From Camelus ferus (Eukaryota): a DNA stretch of 64,000 nt. The stretch's first letter is position 1. Every line of letters begins with the position of its first letter. Positions 1 through 13,699 of this stretch are shown piece by piece. Location: positions 110,734,001 through 110,798,000 of the forward strand of contig NC_045697.1 in assembly GCF_009834535.1 (NCBI RefSeq), given 5' to 3'. The position numbers and the translations under genes are program-made. Under the pieces are notes generated by a model, which had not been told where the DNA came from, did no database searches, and worked only from the letters and a program-made list of their open reading frames with translations.

Positions 1-324
1 TTGAAGGGGTTAGAGGGATAGAGTTATAGAGGCTTGTAGGAGGAAGGTATCCGTGGATATCTCAGGAAAGGCCTGGAGTGAGTTCACTCGTGACTCCTGC
101 TCAAAGATTGAAGGCCCTCAGTAATCAGGAACTAAGGTGACATGCTCTGCAAATGCTTAGTTTCTGGGTTCATGAACAAAGTGCCAACCATGATACGGAT
201 AAAAGTTATACATGGACCCAACAACATAGACTGCCTCAAGACACTATATCCTGAAGCCCCCTAACCAAATCTCAAACCCAAACTCTAAACAAATCAACAA
301 GCCTCTTACTTCACAATTAAAAAT

Positions 325-698
325 ATGGAAAACAGTATAGAGATTCCTCAAAAAACTAAAAATTGACTTAACATATGATCCAGCAATCCCACTCCTGGGC
401 ATATATACAGAGGGAATCTTAATTCAAAAATACATATGCACCCCAATGTTCACAGCAGCACTACCTTTACATTAGACAAGACATGAAAACAACTTAAATG
501 TCCATTGACAGATGACTGGGTAAAGAAGCTGTGGTATATTTATACAATGGAATACTACTCAGCCATAAAAAATAAAATAGTGCCATTTGCAGCAACATGG
601 ATGGACCTGGAGATCATCATTCTAAGTGAGCTAAACCAGAATGAGAAAGAAAAATACCATATGATATCACTTATATGTGGAATCTTAAAAAAAAAAAA
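325..698 (+). mobile_element. LINE-1 3' fragment (ORF2 C-terminus) followed by an A-run
   Basis: ORF 505..732 reads TDDWVKKLWYIYTMEYYSAIK...FAATWMDLE, the L1 ORF2 C-terminal motif; A-run at 687-698. Confidence 0.9.
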
Positions 699-3669
699 GA
701 AGACTTCTCCACCTATGCATAGATTTGGGTGAATTTCTCTCTCCTAGAGATCCTCCAAACTATTTACTGTTTCTGCCAGGAATGACCTCCACTGAGCTGT
801 GAAGCTGGGAATCCCTAAGCCATAAAAGATGTACCAGACCTGCATTCCTCAGCTGGCTTTGTAGGCAGTGGCTTCATATATAAGGTACAATTGCTGTTTC
901 TTAGTGTTGAGCCTGACTGTCCTGAATAAATGAGAGTCATCCTCAAATATTGTATTGTCTGATGGCTTTCATTGAACAACCAATTTGTGCAATTGTGCTT
1001 CAGTAAAATGTAGGACAGATCATCATCAAACATATGCAAGTAACTATATTGCCTTAAAAAATAAGAATACTCAGTCAAAATATTTGTTCTAAAGTCTGCA
1101 AGGTCAGTGAAAATCGATACCATTTAAAGATGTTTCATTTTATAAGTGCATAGTTTAAAATTCAGTTTATAAATGTATAGTCTTCAAAACTGAAGGCCTT
1201 TGTGGCTTCAGAAGAAAGAAATAAAATCTCCACATACATTCCTTAGAAGACAAAAATATTAAACATGACATCAATAATATTCCCAACAAATAATTAAACT
1301 CAAATATCCTTTTTCCGTTTTGCCAGTCCAATGCAATTAATTTTTGACCCATTGGATCTTGGGTCAGCCCTTGCTTTCATGAAGTTGTGTGCTTCTGGAC
1401 TAAAAAGAGTTCTGGAAATCTTGACTCAGTCCCCTGGCATAACCTCAAAGACATACAAGGCCAGCCAGCCTGGGAGTCTGTAAGCAAAAGGTCATTCTTT
1501 GAAGTGTCAATTTTTGAGTGTCTGTTACAGTCCATTCCTTAAAGCTCTGAAGGTGTTATTCTTGGCTGCAGACAAGAATTCTTTATGAGCTTATAGCAAG
1601 CCTGTAAGCCTTAGAGTAAATGCTATAGCTGCAGATGAAACAGAATAACCAGAATTCAATTATTGCTATAATCAACAGTATTGGAATGGGAGAGAATAAA
1701 AGTTCCTCTTGAGGCTAAGGGCACAGTAGTATCAGTGAGAGTATTAAAACACCTCCAAAATCTTCCAATCTATCTGTAGTCTCTGAAAGATTTATATTAG
1801 TAGCATTTTACTGTGCAAAGTTATCCTTCACTTTAACGACCCTACCCATGGAAATGTTATAAATACTCTTGAAGCTAATCAAGAAACAGGAAGCATAATA
1901 AACCTAATTGTTTCCATATTCCTCCTTTCATAATGTGAATGAATAAATATTTTTATTTTATATTGTTTTTTAAAATAATCATGGGCATGATACAGTCAAT
2001 CTGAGACACAGAAAATTATTACAAATTATCCATAAGCTGGGTAGATTGAATAGAAGGTAAAACAAACAAATAATTTACTATACCTTGTTAAGGGCCAGCT
2101 AAATGCTCTACACAAAGTTATCCTACTGGAGAGAAAACCATGTTCTAGATGTATTAATGCAGTATTTGAAAATTTAAAAAAAATTGGAAGCTTCTTCAAA
2201 AAACAGCTTATGAATAAACCTTCAGCCTGGGTGAACTTTACCAATATTTTAACGTACTTAATTCTTTCATATCTCAAGCAGTACAAAGTAAAATAAATTT
2301 CACTTCTATGAAATCTCATTCAGCAAAAAATAAAATCAAGTTCTACCCTTCACTATATTCTTGTACATTTTGGGGACAATACCACACTTTATTTTAGGAC
2401 AAGACTTTTTACTTCTTTCTTTGAAAACAACAGAAAACCTCATTTTCATACGCATAAGCTGAAATACCCATAAGAACTATAACATTTAACCAAGTTTACT
2501 ATCTTCTATTTAACTGGGAAGCATATAATTGGTAATTTTTTATCAGACATAAGCAACCCAGCAGACAGGAAAACCCACCCACTAGAGCCACACACATCAC
2601 TTCACCCCTCTGCAAGTGACAATAACAGTTACCATTCATTAACAAGACCCAAAAGTACAGCCACTCTAAGCTAAGGATCAAAGTGACATACACTAAAGAC
2701 CATGCCTTATGACCAAGGTGTCAGTATTCTTTCTTACTTAAAAAAACTTATCCAGGGATCCAAACATTATTTATTAACTAGATTTAATATTAGACCAAGG
2801 TTGTAAAGTTAACTAAGGATCTTGGATATCATGTTTTAAGCTGACACACTAGAAAACATGATTACTGCTCATATAAAACAATTTGTCAGAGGTAATTTAA
2901 TTTAGATTAACACGGTTTTACGTTCTCCATAATCATAAACGTTTCGTTAGCTTATTTGGTCAGTAAAGCAGTATAAGAAATCTAGGGCGTTCAGACGAAC
3001 TAATATCAATTAGTATCAAAACAAACACAAAACTGGTAACCACATCAGGGAAAAGCTATGTAGCTGTGTTTTTAAATCAGACTTATTGAAGTAAGTTGAT
3101 TTATCTCAGGATTTACCTTGATTGCATAAACTTGGATTCTTATATAAAAATATTTCTTAGCTATCCGTGAAAGGGGAATTTTTCTTTAAAAGTCTAGCAT
3201 GTGATAATATGAAAAGTTCAGCTTCTTTATCTACAAACATGGGGGAGTATGAGATTTAAATTAGTCTTATTATTCTCTATAAACCAATTACAACAGAGCT
3301 CCTTTAATTAGAGGAACTTCAAAATCTAATTAGTACCTAACGGAAGTAGGAAATGTTTTACACTCATTCAAAAGATGAAGGCTTTTCTTAATTACAGACA
3401 CGCAGGCAAACAACGTAAAGTTTCAGTTCCACAGTCTTAGCTGTGGGTAAAGTGAGCACACAAAGACAAAAAACACTACTCCAGGCCTCAAAGACATGTT
3501 CTCCATTTTAGTGGGCACCAAATGACTCCTTAATTGAGTTGTGTGTGCAAACAGATAAATAATTATAAAGTAATAATAAAATGAATTCACTGTCATTTAT
3601 CACGCAACAGAGACTAGATCCCCGTCATCTTGGTAGAAACATCAAATGGTCAAATTATTAGATAAAAAA

Positions 3670-3835
3670 CAAGTCACTTCTGTATGGCACAGGGAGCTAT
3701 ATTCAGTATACTGTAGTAACCTATAATGGTAAAGAATATGAAAATGAATATATGTATGTGAGTGTGTAGCTGAAACATTATGCTGTACACCAGAACTTGA
3801 CACGTTGTAACTGACTACACTTCCGTTTTTAAAAA
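3670..3835 (+). mobile_element. Short LINE-1 3' UTR end
   Basis: gcacagggagctatattcagta...tgctgtacaccagaa...tgtaactgactacacttc, similar to the L1 3' termini elsewhere in the window. Confidence 0.7.
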
Positions 3836-3979
3836 TGCCACCTTTCTCATACAATAATCACCTGATCTTTGAGTTTTTTTCAAAGAGATCTGTCCTCTAG
3901 TCTTCAACCTTGCTTTGTGTGTATGTACCCCAAAGTCCATAGGTCAGTGATTTCAGTGAGTGTCAGAATCATTTAAAAT

Positions 3980-4520
3980 GTGTGGTGGGCACACTCTAAA
4001 ATGGTCCTTAATTTTTTCTGCCTCCTAGTATTCAAACCCTTGTGTGATGCCCTACCCTTGAGTGTGGGTATCATGTGAATTGCTTCTAACTGGTAGAAGA
4101 AGGCAAAGGCGATGGGAGGATTCTTCCATAATTATGTTACATAAGATCGTAACTCCCCTCTTGCTAGCAGACTATCTCCCTTTTTAGCTTTGATGATGTA
4201 AACCTCTGTGTAGAGAGGCCCATATAACAAGAAAGAGAGGGAAACTTCCAGGAACCATCTAGCAAGGAGCTGGGCTCTCAGTGCCACTACTCACAAGGAA
4301 CTGAATTCTGCTAACAGCAATCTGAGCTTAAAAGTGGATCCTTCCCCAGTCAGGCCTCAGATGAAACCCCAATCCTGGCCAACACCATGATTATAGCTTC
4401 GTGAGAGACTCAATAATGTTCCAATTCTTGACCCACAGAAACTCTGAGATAATGAATGTTTGTTGTTTTATCTGCAAAGTTTGTGATAACTTCTTATCTA
4501 GCAATATATAACGAGTAAGT
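3980..4520 (+). mobile_element. MaLR LTR (MLT1E/F-like)
   Basis: Starts tgtggtgggca...ctaaaatgg; contains cccttgagtgtggg, aaggaactgaattctgc, gacccacagaaactctgagataat...tgttgtttta, typical of MLT1. Subfamily from memory. Confidence 0.7.
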
Positions 4521-5874
4521 GGGTTTTTAAAAAATGTAGCTTCTCAACTTCCAGTCCTATGTGATTCTTTAAGTTTGGGATGTTAACCAGAAGTATGTGG
4601 AGTTTAATTCTCTGTGTAACTCTTTTATTACACTCTATCTGGATTGTGAATCACTGCTCTAGGTCACATCCCTCCCTCCCCCCAAAACTTATACATTATT
4701 GACAGAATATTCTTACTAAAACTCACAAATGACCACGCTTTTTGTGTTTTAAACCTCTCAATGACAACACATTACTAATAAAATAAACTTCAGCTAACTA
4801 GCAGAGAGTACAACACCCTGCTCTGTATCTCCCCATGTATTCTCCTGGTCACCCCACAAAATGCGTCCTGAACAATACACAGCCGGTCCTTCTTGTAGAC
4901 TCCTATCTCCATGCATTTGCTTCTATTGTTTTCAACTGCTTAAATTTTTGTTCTCCATCCCAGTTTCCATCAAACTGTAAACTATTCATCTACAAAATAC
5001 AAATACAAATTTGCCTCTTCTATGAATCATGTAACTATTATGAGACTTATCACCTTGTGACATAATTAATTTTTGTAATTTGTCTCTTGAGCAGTAGATT
5101 GTGGACTTTTGCATGGCCTAGACCCAATTTCATCAATCTTTGTTTACAGCAGGATTGTTGAAGATTAGGCATCCATCATACACATAGAGCAAATTCATGC
5201 CACAAGATTGTTGTTCAGTGAAACATAGAATTAATTTTAAAAAATATGTGTTCAGCCCTAGTAGTTCATAAAGTGCTATACGCACTATCATGTTATTGCC
5301 CTTATTCTTAACATATGTGTTTTTCCTAATTCAATATTTTATATATAGAATAATATGGTTGATTTTCATTATTGCTTTCAAGTTTTATACTGTATTATTG
5401 CTTCCAGATGCCCACCAGTGAGTGACCAGTAATCTGGTAAAGGTTATTAGGAGATATGCAAGACCCCAAGAGGGACGTAACTCTTAGGATTAAAGTTAGT
5501 GCCAAGTAAGACAACTAGGACCGGGACAACTAGTCTTTTCTAGACCTAACCTCTGGACATGAGAGAAGAAATCGTTGAAGTTTTAGAAGGGAAAGAAAAG
5601 AATTTGGCTCAGTGTTTGCCTGACATGGATAATAACCAATTGTAGCTTTCCAATCAGCTATAATATCTGCGTAGGCATTAGTGTCTGTTTTCAGTAGATA
5701 AGAAGAAAGTAGGAAGTAAGGAAAAAGTAGTATTTGAGAAATGTGGTGTTTGAGAGTAAAGATGTAATAAGAAGAGCTTATAGGGGCAGGCAAAGGTATT
5801 TAACTGAGACCTGACATGAAGGGGGAGAAGGCAAGATGCCTATTTAACAGTAATCGTTAACATTTGCTGAGAGC

Positions 5875-6110
5875 CTCCTCTGAGCTGGCGTAGCACTCTG
5901 GAGTTCTAGACACTCTGTGTGCATTGCCCCATCTAATCTCTGTGACAGCTTTATAGATTATTATTAACTCTTTTTTTCCAGATGAGATACAGTATGAGGC
6001 CCAGAGAACTTGCCCAAGCAATTTGCCCAAAACTGGATGGTTAATAAGCGGCATAACAAGAATTTGAATCCAGGTAGGTTCAGCTCAGCCCTCTCACACC
6101 TACCCACTAG
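5875..6110 (-). mobile_element. MIR SINE
   Basis: cagatgag...gaggcccagaga..acttgcccaag...atttgaatccaggt is the reverse complement of the MIR core. Confidence 0.65.
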
Positions 6111-7094
6111 GCTGCCTCTCTGCTAGATGTGTGAGTGATCATTTAGGCAAGGCCAAGCAGGGATTAATTTTGGAAACAAGAACCTGCCTGAAGAATGGAA
6201 TCCAAGGAGGAATGAAAGTTTTTGCACCCCTGAGTCAGAGGGATATGAAATTTTCTTAGAAGTTCAGGGATACCTACTTTCTCAGTAGTTTAGGAATACA
6301 TATGTCTCTTAGCAGTGGAGAAAGACAAGGTGTACTTAGAGGTGGAGGTGAAGAAGGAGGGAGAGAACTGCTCATAATTCTTTCTAAGAGAAGTGGCATT
6401 TAACTGGGCAAGGAAGTGATGCAGCAAGGAGTAGGAAGGAGAGATGGAGAAGGTAGTTTTAAATTATTCGTGTAACTGTAAGTTAGTTGTTTAACAGGCA
6501 GCTTACCTGGAAGACTACCTTTTTATACCTCCCCTCTACATACAAAGGTACAAGGTACATTTAGTGACATCTGTGTGTGTGTCGGAGGCACTGTGCAAGA
6601 CGCAGATGACACAGTGGTGGCTGAATCAGACTCAGTGCTGCCCTCAGGGTCTCAAGGTCTAGTTGGGAAGATAGGTGTTCATCAGATAGTAAAATAATCA
6701 CTTAGAAATGACAATTCAAAGTGTCACAAATGCTGAAGAGACCAAGCGGTTAAGAGCTCTCTGACAGGTAAATTTGACCTGCTTAGCATGGCGAGGAACT
6801 ATTTCCCTAAAGGATTGAGCCTCTGACTCCTAACTAGAAAGTTAAATAAGCAAGAAGATATGTCCCCAGGAATTTACACTGGATAATTTTATATCTACAC
6901 ATAGTTGTATCTATGGAAACACAATGTATTATAACATTACATTTGTATGAACAATGGGAAATGAAAAAGTGCCCAGCAATTTCTGAAGAACAGAAAATGT
7001 CTGAATCATTCAGATAAAATTCTGTCTCTGTCACTCTGGTTTATTTATTTATTAGCCTCTTTATTTATTGACATAGGAATGCATGACCCCCTAG

Positions 7095-7290
7095 ATTAGT
7101 GCTTGTCAAAAGGAGATAAAAAATCACATCACCTGGAGAGCTTGCTAATTGCAGAATGCATCTCTTACCCCAAGAGATTCTTTGGCTGCAGTGTCTGGGG
7201 TAGAGTGCTGGAATTTGCGTGCTTATGAGGGACCTCAGGTGATTCTGATGAAGGGGACCTTAGAACCTTAGCACCGCAGTTTGACAAAAA
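7095..7290. mobile_element. MER5-like hAT-Charlie DNA transposon relic
   Basis: atcacctggagagcttg...gattct...ctgggg...ggaatttgc...caggtgattctgatg, a quasi-palindromic MER5 pattern. Confidence 0.6.
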
Positions 7291-10200
7291 TAGCCCTAGT
7301 TTATGTAATTGTATTCCACACTGATATTTTCTCCATTATGCTTATCTAAATATAATCTTATATATATCATACCTAGATTACAACACGTAATTCACTTAGC
7401 AGAAAGCAGTATTTACGTTTTCTGTGTGCTTTCTGCATGACAGGTAAACTTCATGAAGTAATTGGCATCTCCAAACAAAACAATTTCTGTATCAGATTTC
7501 AATGTGCTAACAAACCAAGAGCAAGATGAACGAACCCTTATAAAAGCCTTTTTATAGCTATTTTTCATATTGCCACCAAATAGAAGAGATCAAAAAGATG
7601 CCAGAGAACAGGATTGCTAGAAGATTAAGTTCTATAATATTTGCTCTTGGTTATTAATGTTGAGAGAATAATTCACTGATGATAAAAAAATGTAGAATCA
7701 ATCTGAGCAAATGAGATTTTTATTCAAGTGTAGTCTAGACGATAAATGATTAAATTGAGCATCTTGGTTAATTATTTCCAAGAATTCAACAAAAGATCCT
7801 GAATATATCACCCATGCATGAGAATATGGTTTTCAGAAGTTTAGGTGATTCTGCTGCTAAAATTCCCAAATAGAAGTAAAAGCAGAAGTACAACCCTTTT
7901 ATATACTGGCTGATGCATAGCATCCCGTAGTCAGAGCATCCATCTCTCGGCCTCGCTTTTTGCTGATGTTCTTCCCGTTGTAGGCTACTGACGCCTCAAT
8001 ACAAATTACCTCTGAAGTTTTCATTATAGGTTATGATGGGAAGAAAGGGAACCAGTTTTGCCATTGTGCCCGTGCCCCTATCAGTCAGTTAAATAAATCT
8101 GTGACAGACTCACTGTATATTTTGCTTGAGAATAATATTTTTTACTTTGACATGTGTAAATGATTGTTCTTCCCCAATAGGTTCTACATTGCCTGAGTAT
8201 CACACACCCCAAGTTAATGCGATGGAGAAGGCTATTTCCCACAGAGCGTGGCATCCATCTCAGTACTGGGTGAAGCCAAGAAGGCACCCATGTAGGTTTA
8301 CACTGAGTTGAGTAACTTCCTCCACAAACACTTCCCCGATTCTCCCCAACACACAACGCTCGTAAAAAATCTGAGCATTTCTTCCTTGTGTCCCCAGGTC
8401 TATTCTTTCAGAGTCTACCAGTGAATCTCAATCTGTTTCTGGTACTTCTTTATTTAGAAGTCTGCATACTCTTAGTGGACTAGAGACAGCCAGTGGCAGG
8501 TCCTCTTGTCATTCATCCTGTATGGACACTGTCTGGCAGTTTCTCTAACAAATTGGACATTCGTTAAAGATTTGTTGGTTGGAGTTGTGATTAATAAAAT
8601 GTTTACATGGATTTTATATCATTCTTTTTTACAACAAAGAATTGTGAGTCTTGAATTTAATCTTAATTGCATTATTCATTTCATGTTTTCAAATGTTTAC
8701 TTTGAATAAGCCATTTCACCATCTCCAAAGTGACAAGTGAAAATTATATATAAATCTTTAACTTTTCATCTCTCAAGATATACCAATAGTAATTGGGTAC
8801 GAGAGAGAGCTTGGATTTTACTTGCACTTTTTTCTGAAAAATTTAAAATTAAATTTGTCTTGAGTGTATGATTCAAAAAATACATATCAAATTATGTCTC
8901 TATATGCTACAAGGATAAACACATATTAAATAAAATTGGTATTTCCAAAAGGGTGCATGTTTCCTCTTTAGCCAAGGGCCTCCTGTGCATGTTTCAGATA
9001 ATCCAATGAAAATTTGCATTGATTAAATTCTGAATTCCACATAAAAAAAAGTCCCTTCCTTTGTTCTACGTTAAAATTTGAACTGTGAATCATTTGCATT
9101 TAAGTATCCTTCTAGATATGGTCTTTCACCAGTTTCAATATCCATTTGGATGATCACTGAAAGATACAACCTTCAACGAAATGTTGCATGTGTTACTTAC
9201 AATGCGGCTTAATTATTTTGAATATGTAATTAAAAATTCAAAACAAAAATAAAAACCCCCAACCCACAGAAAGACAAATCATAGCAAATGATATTTGTGC
9301 CCTGTTTAGGATTTAGCATACATTTCACTCTGAATGACTAGCTGCTTTTCTTCAATGAGGCACCTGTCTACATAACACGCTGCACACAAGGACTGTAAGA
9401 GAATCCAGGCTGTCAGCTTTGTGAAACCCACTGTGTGGTGACCATTCTTGCCCATTCACACATGTACTGGTTCGCTTGTTCCCAATGAACTAAGTTTGTT
9501 AATGAGGTAGAAGGCAGTGGAACAAGATTACCTTTCCATCAAAACAAGTGTGATCAGACTGGTTCATTCTTTCAAAGATAGACTTAATTTGAAAGTTATA
9601 ACACTTGCAGTTCCCTTTACATAAGCTGGTCTCTTCTTCTGTGTCTACTTGGTACAACCTCCATCTTATCTATTCGGATATTAACTTAACTCCCATTGTG
9701 CCTTTCCTGCCTGAAAGGAAAGTTGGACACAGATCCAATCAGAAATATATCCACAACCAATGGAGAACTAATCGTATAAGCAAATGTCCATTAGGATAGT
9801 CAGTCTCCATAATTTTTCCTATAGGAGAATGTTATTGAAACTTTAAAAAAGAATTTCTATAAAGAGGACTTAATAAGCCTAAGAATAAATAATAACTAAA
9901 CTTATTGAACATTTAAATAAAGCAAGACAGAGTCAGTTTCAAATATACCAAACACTCTGTTAGGCTAATTTGATTATTAATATTTCTCCTACCTAGGGAC
10001 TTGTTACTAGGCTTTGTGTGTGTTATTTTTTTAAATCTGAGAAGTTAGGTACAATATTTAATAAAAGTTAATAAATTTCACTGAATTTTCTTAGGGTTTA
10101 GAGGCTCCCCCAGCATGGGATTGCTGCCCCTTCTCTTTTGGTCTTGTGTTCTTCCTCCCTTCTTCAGGCTGGTGCCCTGATTTATGAGCTTACTTCTTTC

Positions 10201-10444
10201 TCCTTCTGGAATCAGCTTCCACGTTCCAGCTGCACTACACTGCTTTGTTCTGTCTGTGATCTAAGTCAGGCTGGTATGATCTGAAGGTTATTAAATAATT
10301 TCTCAGGAAATCCTGACACTAAGGTAAACAAATAAACAAACAAACAAAAACCTACTTTCTGGCAGAGTGAAACCAAGAGGACTTTCCCTCAGGAATCAAA
10401 GCATATTTGTTCTTTCTAGTGCTTGTTAAAAAATTAAATTAAAA

Positions 10445-10555
10445 AATTCAATTGCAGTTGCAAAAGCCACATTTCTAGGGGTCAGTAGCCATGTGTGGCC
10501 AGTGGCTACTTTATTGGGCAGTGCAGATATAGAACATTTCCATCATTCCACAGAG
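10445..10555. mobile_element. MER3-like hAT relic
   Basis: agccacatttc...agtagccatgtgtggccagtggctac...gcagatatagaacatttccatcat; a related fragment lies at ~45235-45340. Confidence 0.6.
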
Positions 10556-10772
10556 TTGTTTCAGATGATGTGTAGTTCTTTCTTTGTTCTTTTTACAATG
10601 GTTATAAATTACTTTTATAATCAAAATAGCCATGAAATTATTTGCACCTTGAGGGATGCTTTCTTGCTGTCATAATAAATTTAGACTGAATGAAATCCAG
10701 ATTATGATTTACTTTATCTAAAAATATGCATCATAAATGCTCTTCTCTCCTGATATTATCTAATTTAAAAAA

Positions 10773-11490
10773 ATTTTTTTTTGAGTTATAGTAATTTTAC
10801 AAGGTTGTGTCAATTTCCAGCATAGAGCACAATTTTTTAGTTATACATGAACATATATATGTTCATCGTCACATTGTTTTCTCTGTGAGCTACCATAAGA
10901 TCTTGCATATATCTCCCTGTGCTATACAGTATAATCTTGTTTATCTATTCTACATATGCCTGTCAGTATCTGCAAATTTCAAACTCCCAATCTGTCCTTT
11001 CCCACCCCCCTCCCTCTTGGCAACCACAAGTTTGTATTCTATGTCTATGAATTTTTTTTTTTAGATTCCACATATGAGTGATCTCGTATGGTATTTTTCT
11101 TTCTCTTTCTGGCTTACTTCACTTAGAATGACATTCTCCAGGAGCATCCATGTTGCTGCAAATGGCGCTATGTTGTCATTTTTAATGGCTTAATAGTATT
11201 CCATTGTAAATATACCACATGTTCTTTATCCATTCATCTGTCAATGGACATTTAGGCTGTTTCCATGTCCTTGCTATTGTAAATAGTGCTGTTATGAACA
11301 TCGGGGTGCCAGTGTCTTTCTGAAGTATGGTTCCTTTTGGATATATGCCCAGGAGCGGGATTCCTGGGTCATATGGTAAGTCTATTCCTAGTCTTTTGAG
11401 GAATCTCCATACTGTTTTCCACAGTGGCTGCACCAAACTGCATTCCTACCAGCAGTGTAGGAGGGTTCCCTTTTCTCCATAGCCTCTCAA
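10773..11490 (-). mobile_element. Young lineage-specific LINE-1, 5'-truncated
   Basis: Poly(T) at 10773; ORF 11182..11436 reads [32 protein letters not shown]; closely similar to the copies at 33.8 kb and 37.7-38.4 kb. Confidence 0.92.
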
Positions 11491-12646
11491 GCTGTTCTCT
11501 GAAATTCCTCATTCTCACTATCTAAAATACTAAATTGTTCAGTTATTCACCATGTCTGCTTCAGAGACTTATTGAAAACATCTATTCAACCAGGAAAAGA
11601 AAATTACTTATTTAGCAATTAAGCATTGGCTGTATTCCTTTTATATTTATGTGCACTGAGGAATGGCCTCTGGGGTAGGGAAAATGGTAGTAGAGTCATG
11701 TTTTGGATATTTGAGAAAGTTTGTCAAACATCACATACTAATATCAGAGGCTACAATATTGGAAGCCCATGGGCCAGTCTTCAGATATCTATCTATCTGT
11801 CTATCTTGTATCTATATCTCCTTATCAATTTTGGTCTGCATAGATCTGGGCATCCTGTAGGTTTGACTTTTTAAAGATTAATTTCTTTCATTTAAAATTT
11901 GGAAGATTTCTAATAATACAAATTTTGCTTCTTTTAAAATATCTGGTCTGACAATACTGGATCTAGATTTTTGCAAGGCAGCTTAGTGGAATCCAGGAAG
12001 CAGCCTCTTCCTTCCAAAGAAGCATGTGTTTTTGTGTCTTTTGAGTTGTCATAGCCCCCACCACTCTCTACTACTCCTACACCCTAGCCTGCTGGCAAAT
12101 TTATGCCATTGGGCCCAGCCATGGAGGCAACTGAGTTTGAGTCTGCTCCCTATTTGAGGGGCAATCAGCACATCTGGTTAGATGAGAAATTGCCTGAGGA
12201 ACTAAATGATTTGATACAAGAGAAACCAGGCAGTTAACAATCCCACTCTGTCTCAATTTGTATTAATGAATATTTCACCAACACTTTTGCAACATTCTAT
12301 CAGTGTCTTGATAGGGTTATTGGCATTTATCAGAATGGTTCACTGTTGCTATACTATGCAGGATATACACATTAAAAGATATCAGTTAGACTTTAATGCA
12401 CAAAAAAAGGCATGAGTTAATTGTCAAAACTATCCTTGATAATATGGCACACAATAAAGCAACTTTAAGTTCTTTGATCAGTTTCTCATGCAATTCCATC
12501 CTTTACTGGAAGACATTAATCAAAGACGTCATGCAATCTTATCAGGATTGCTGACTAGATGTCTGTGGATCTATGTATACATGTATAGAAGGGAGTGAGA
12601 CAAATATTTGTATATGCCTGTTAAGATGCTTTTGAAAGACCGTTCT

Positions 12647-12777
12647 GAGGGTGGGGGTCATAGCTCAGTGGTAGAGCATGTGCACGAGGTCTTGGGTTCA
12701 ATCCTCAGTGCCTCCCTTAAGGGGGGGGTGTTAATGGAAAAATATTAAAAATAAAAATCAAAACATAAATTTTCAAA
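12647..12777 (+). mobile_element. tRNA-derived SINE (camelid Vic-1-like)
   Basis: A box tagctcagtgg, B box ggttcaatcc, A-rich tail; TSD aaagac(c/a)gttct at 12635-12646 and 12778-12789. Confidence 0.85.
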
Positions 12778-13699
12778 AAAGACAGTTCTAACAAGAAGCA
12801 AATTTGTTCTATGCAGTCAATATCAGTGAAATCAGTTGAATCCTCCAAAGCAATTACTCTAAAAGACAACACTCATTTGTTTTCCTGTATATTTGTTTTT
12901 GTGATTGTTTTAAACCACTCCTACTCTCCTAAAGCTACAACTCTTTGGCACATAATTCATTCTTCGCTGGGGGAAATATATTAAGAATCATGGAACCTGC
13001 TGCAGAAAATACATGTGTAAACAATGAATATTTCTCCAAGGTAAAAAATGTACAGAGATATTTTAAGTGAAACTGTGAAGAACATCTTGAATATTTCTAG
13101 TTCTGTGCACTTTTTATTTCTTGGCAGTTGAAGAACCCAAGCTGCTTTGTTTATCAGTGATGTCTATGTGCTCTTGTGGGTTTAATTCTACATTAACCAG
13201 ATCAACTTCAAATTAGACCAAGTAAAGTTGCCTTACATATGCAATACTGTTAGGTGTGGACAAGTCCCCATTGGTTGAAAACTCAATGCTTTTGAGAAGA
13301 CGACTTAATGTTTTGGAGAGTATTTTTTGAGTAGCTTAGTCTTTTTTTGTGTTTCAGAGAAATTTCAAGTGAAGCAGCGTGAACATCCTCATTACAGAAA
13401 TGAAGAGACTGATGCATAGAAGAAAGTAATGTGTGCTAAGCTCTAGCACATGACATTTGAGGAAAAGCTTTGGTTTCCAGTTTCAGGCTTTTGTTTTCCC
13501 AGCTTGGTAGGCTCTGCTGCCCCCTCTGAAAATGAAGAAGGGAAAGAGAGACTGAATGGCTCTGAAATAAGAGTTTCTGGGAGGAATACCGAGGAAACAG
13601 ACCTCGCAGCTTTTTTGACTGACTCCACAGTCCTGTTTTCCTCTGATGCACTAACTCAGCCTGGCGGGCTCCAGGCATTAGGAGAGGGCATCGCTAGGA

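Noticed and set aside
700..3640. Degraded ERV internal region
   Set aside because: The sequence is suggestive, but I could not recognise gag/pol/env peptides or paired LTRs; it needs RepeatMasker.
12647..12720. tRNA gene (also 23439-23515)
   Set aside because: A and B boxes are present, but TSDs, tails and a degenerate cloverleaf indicate SINEs.
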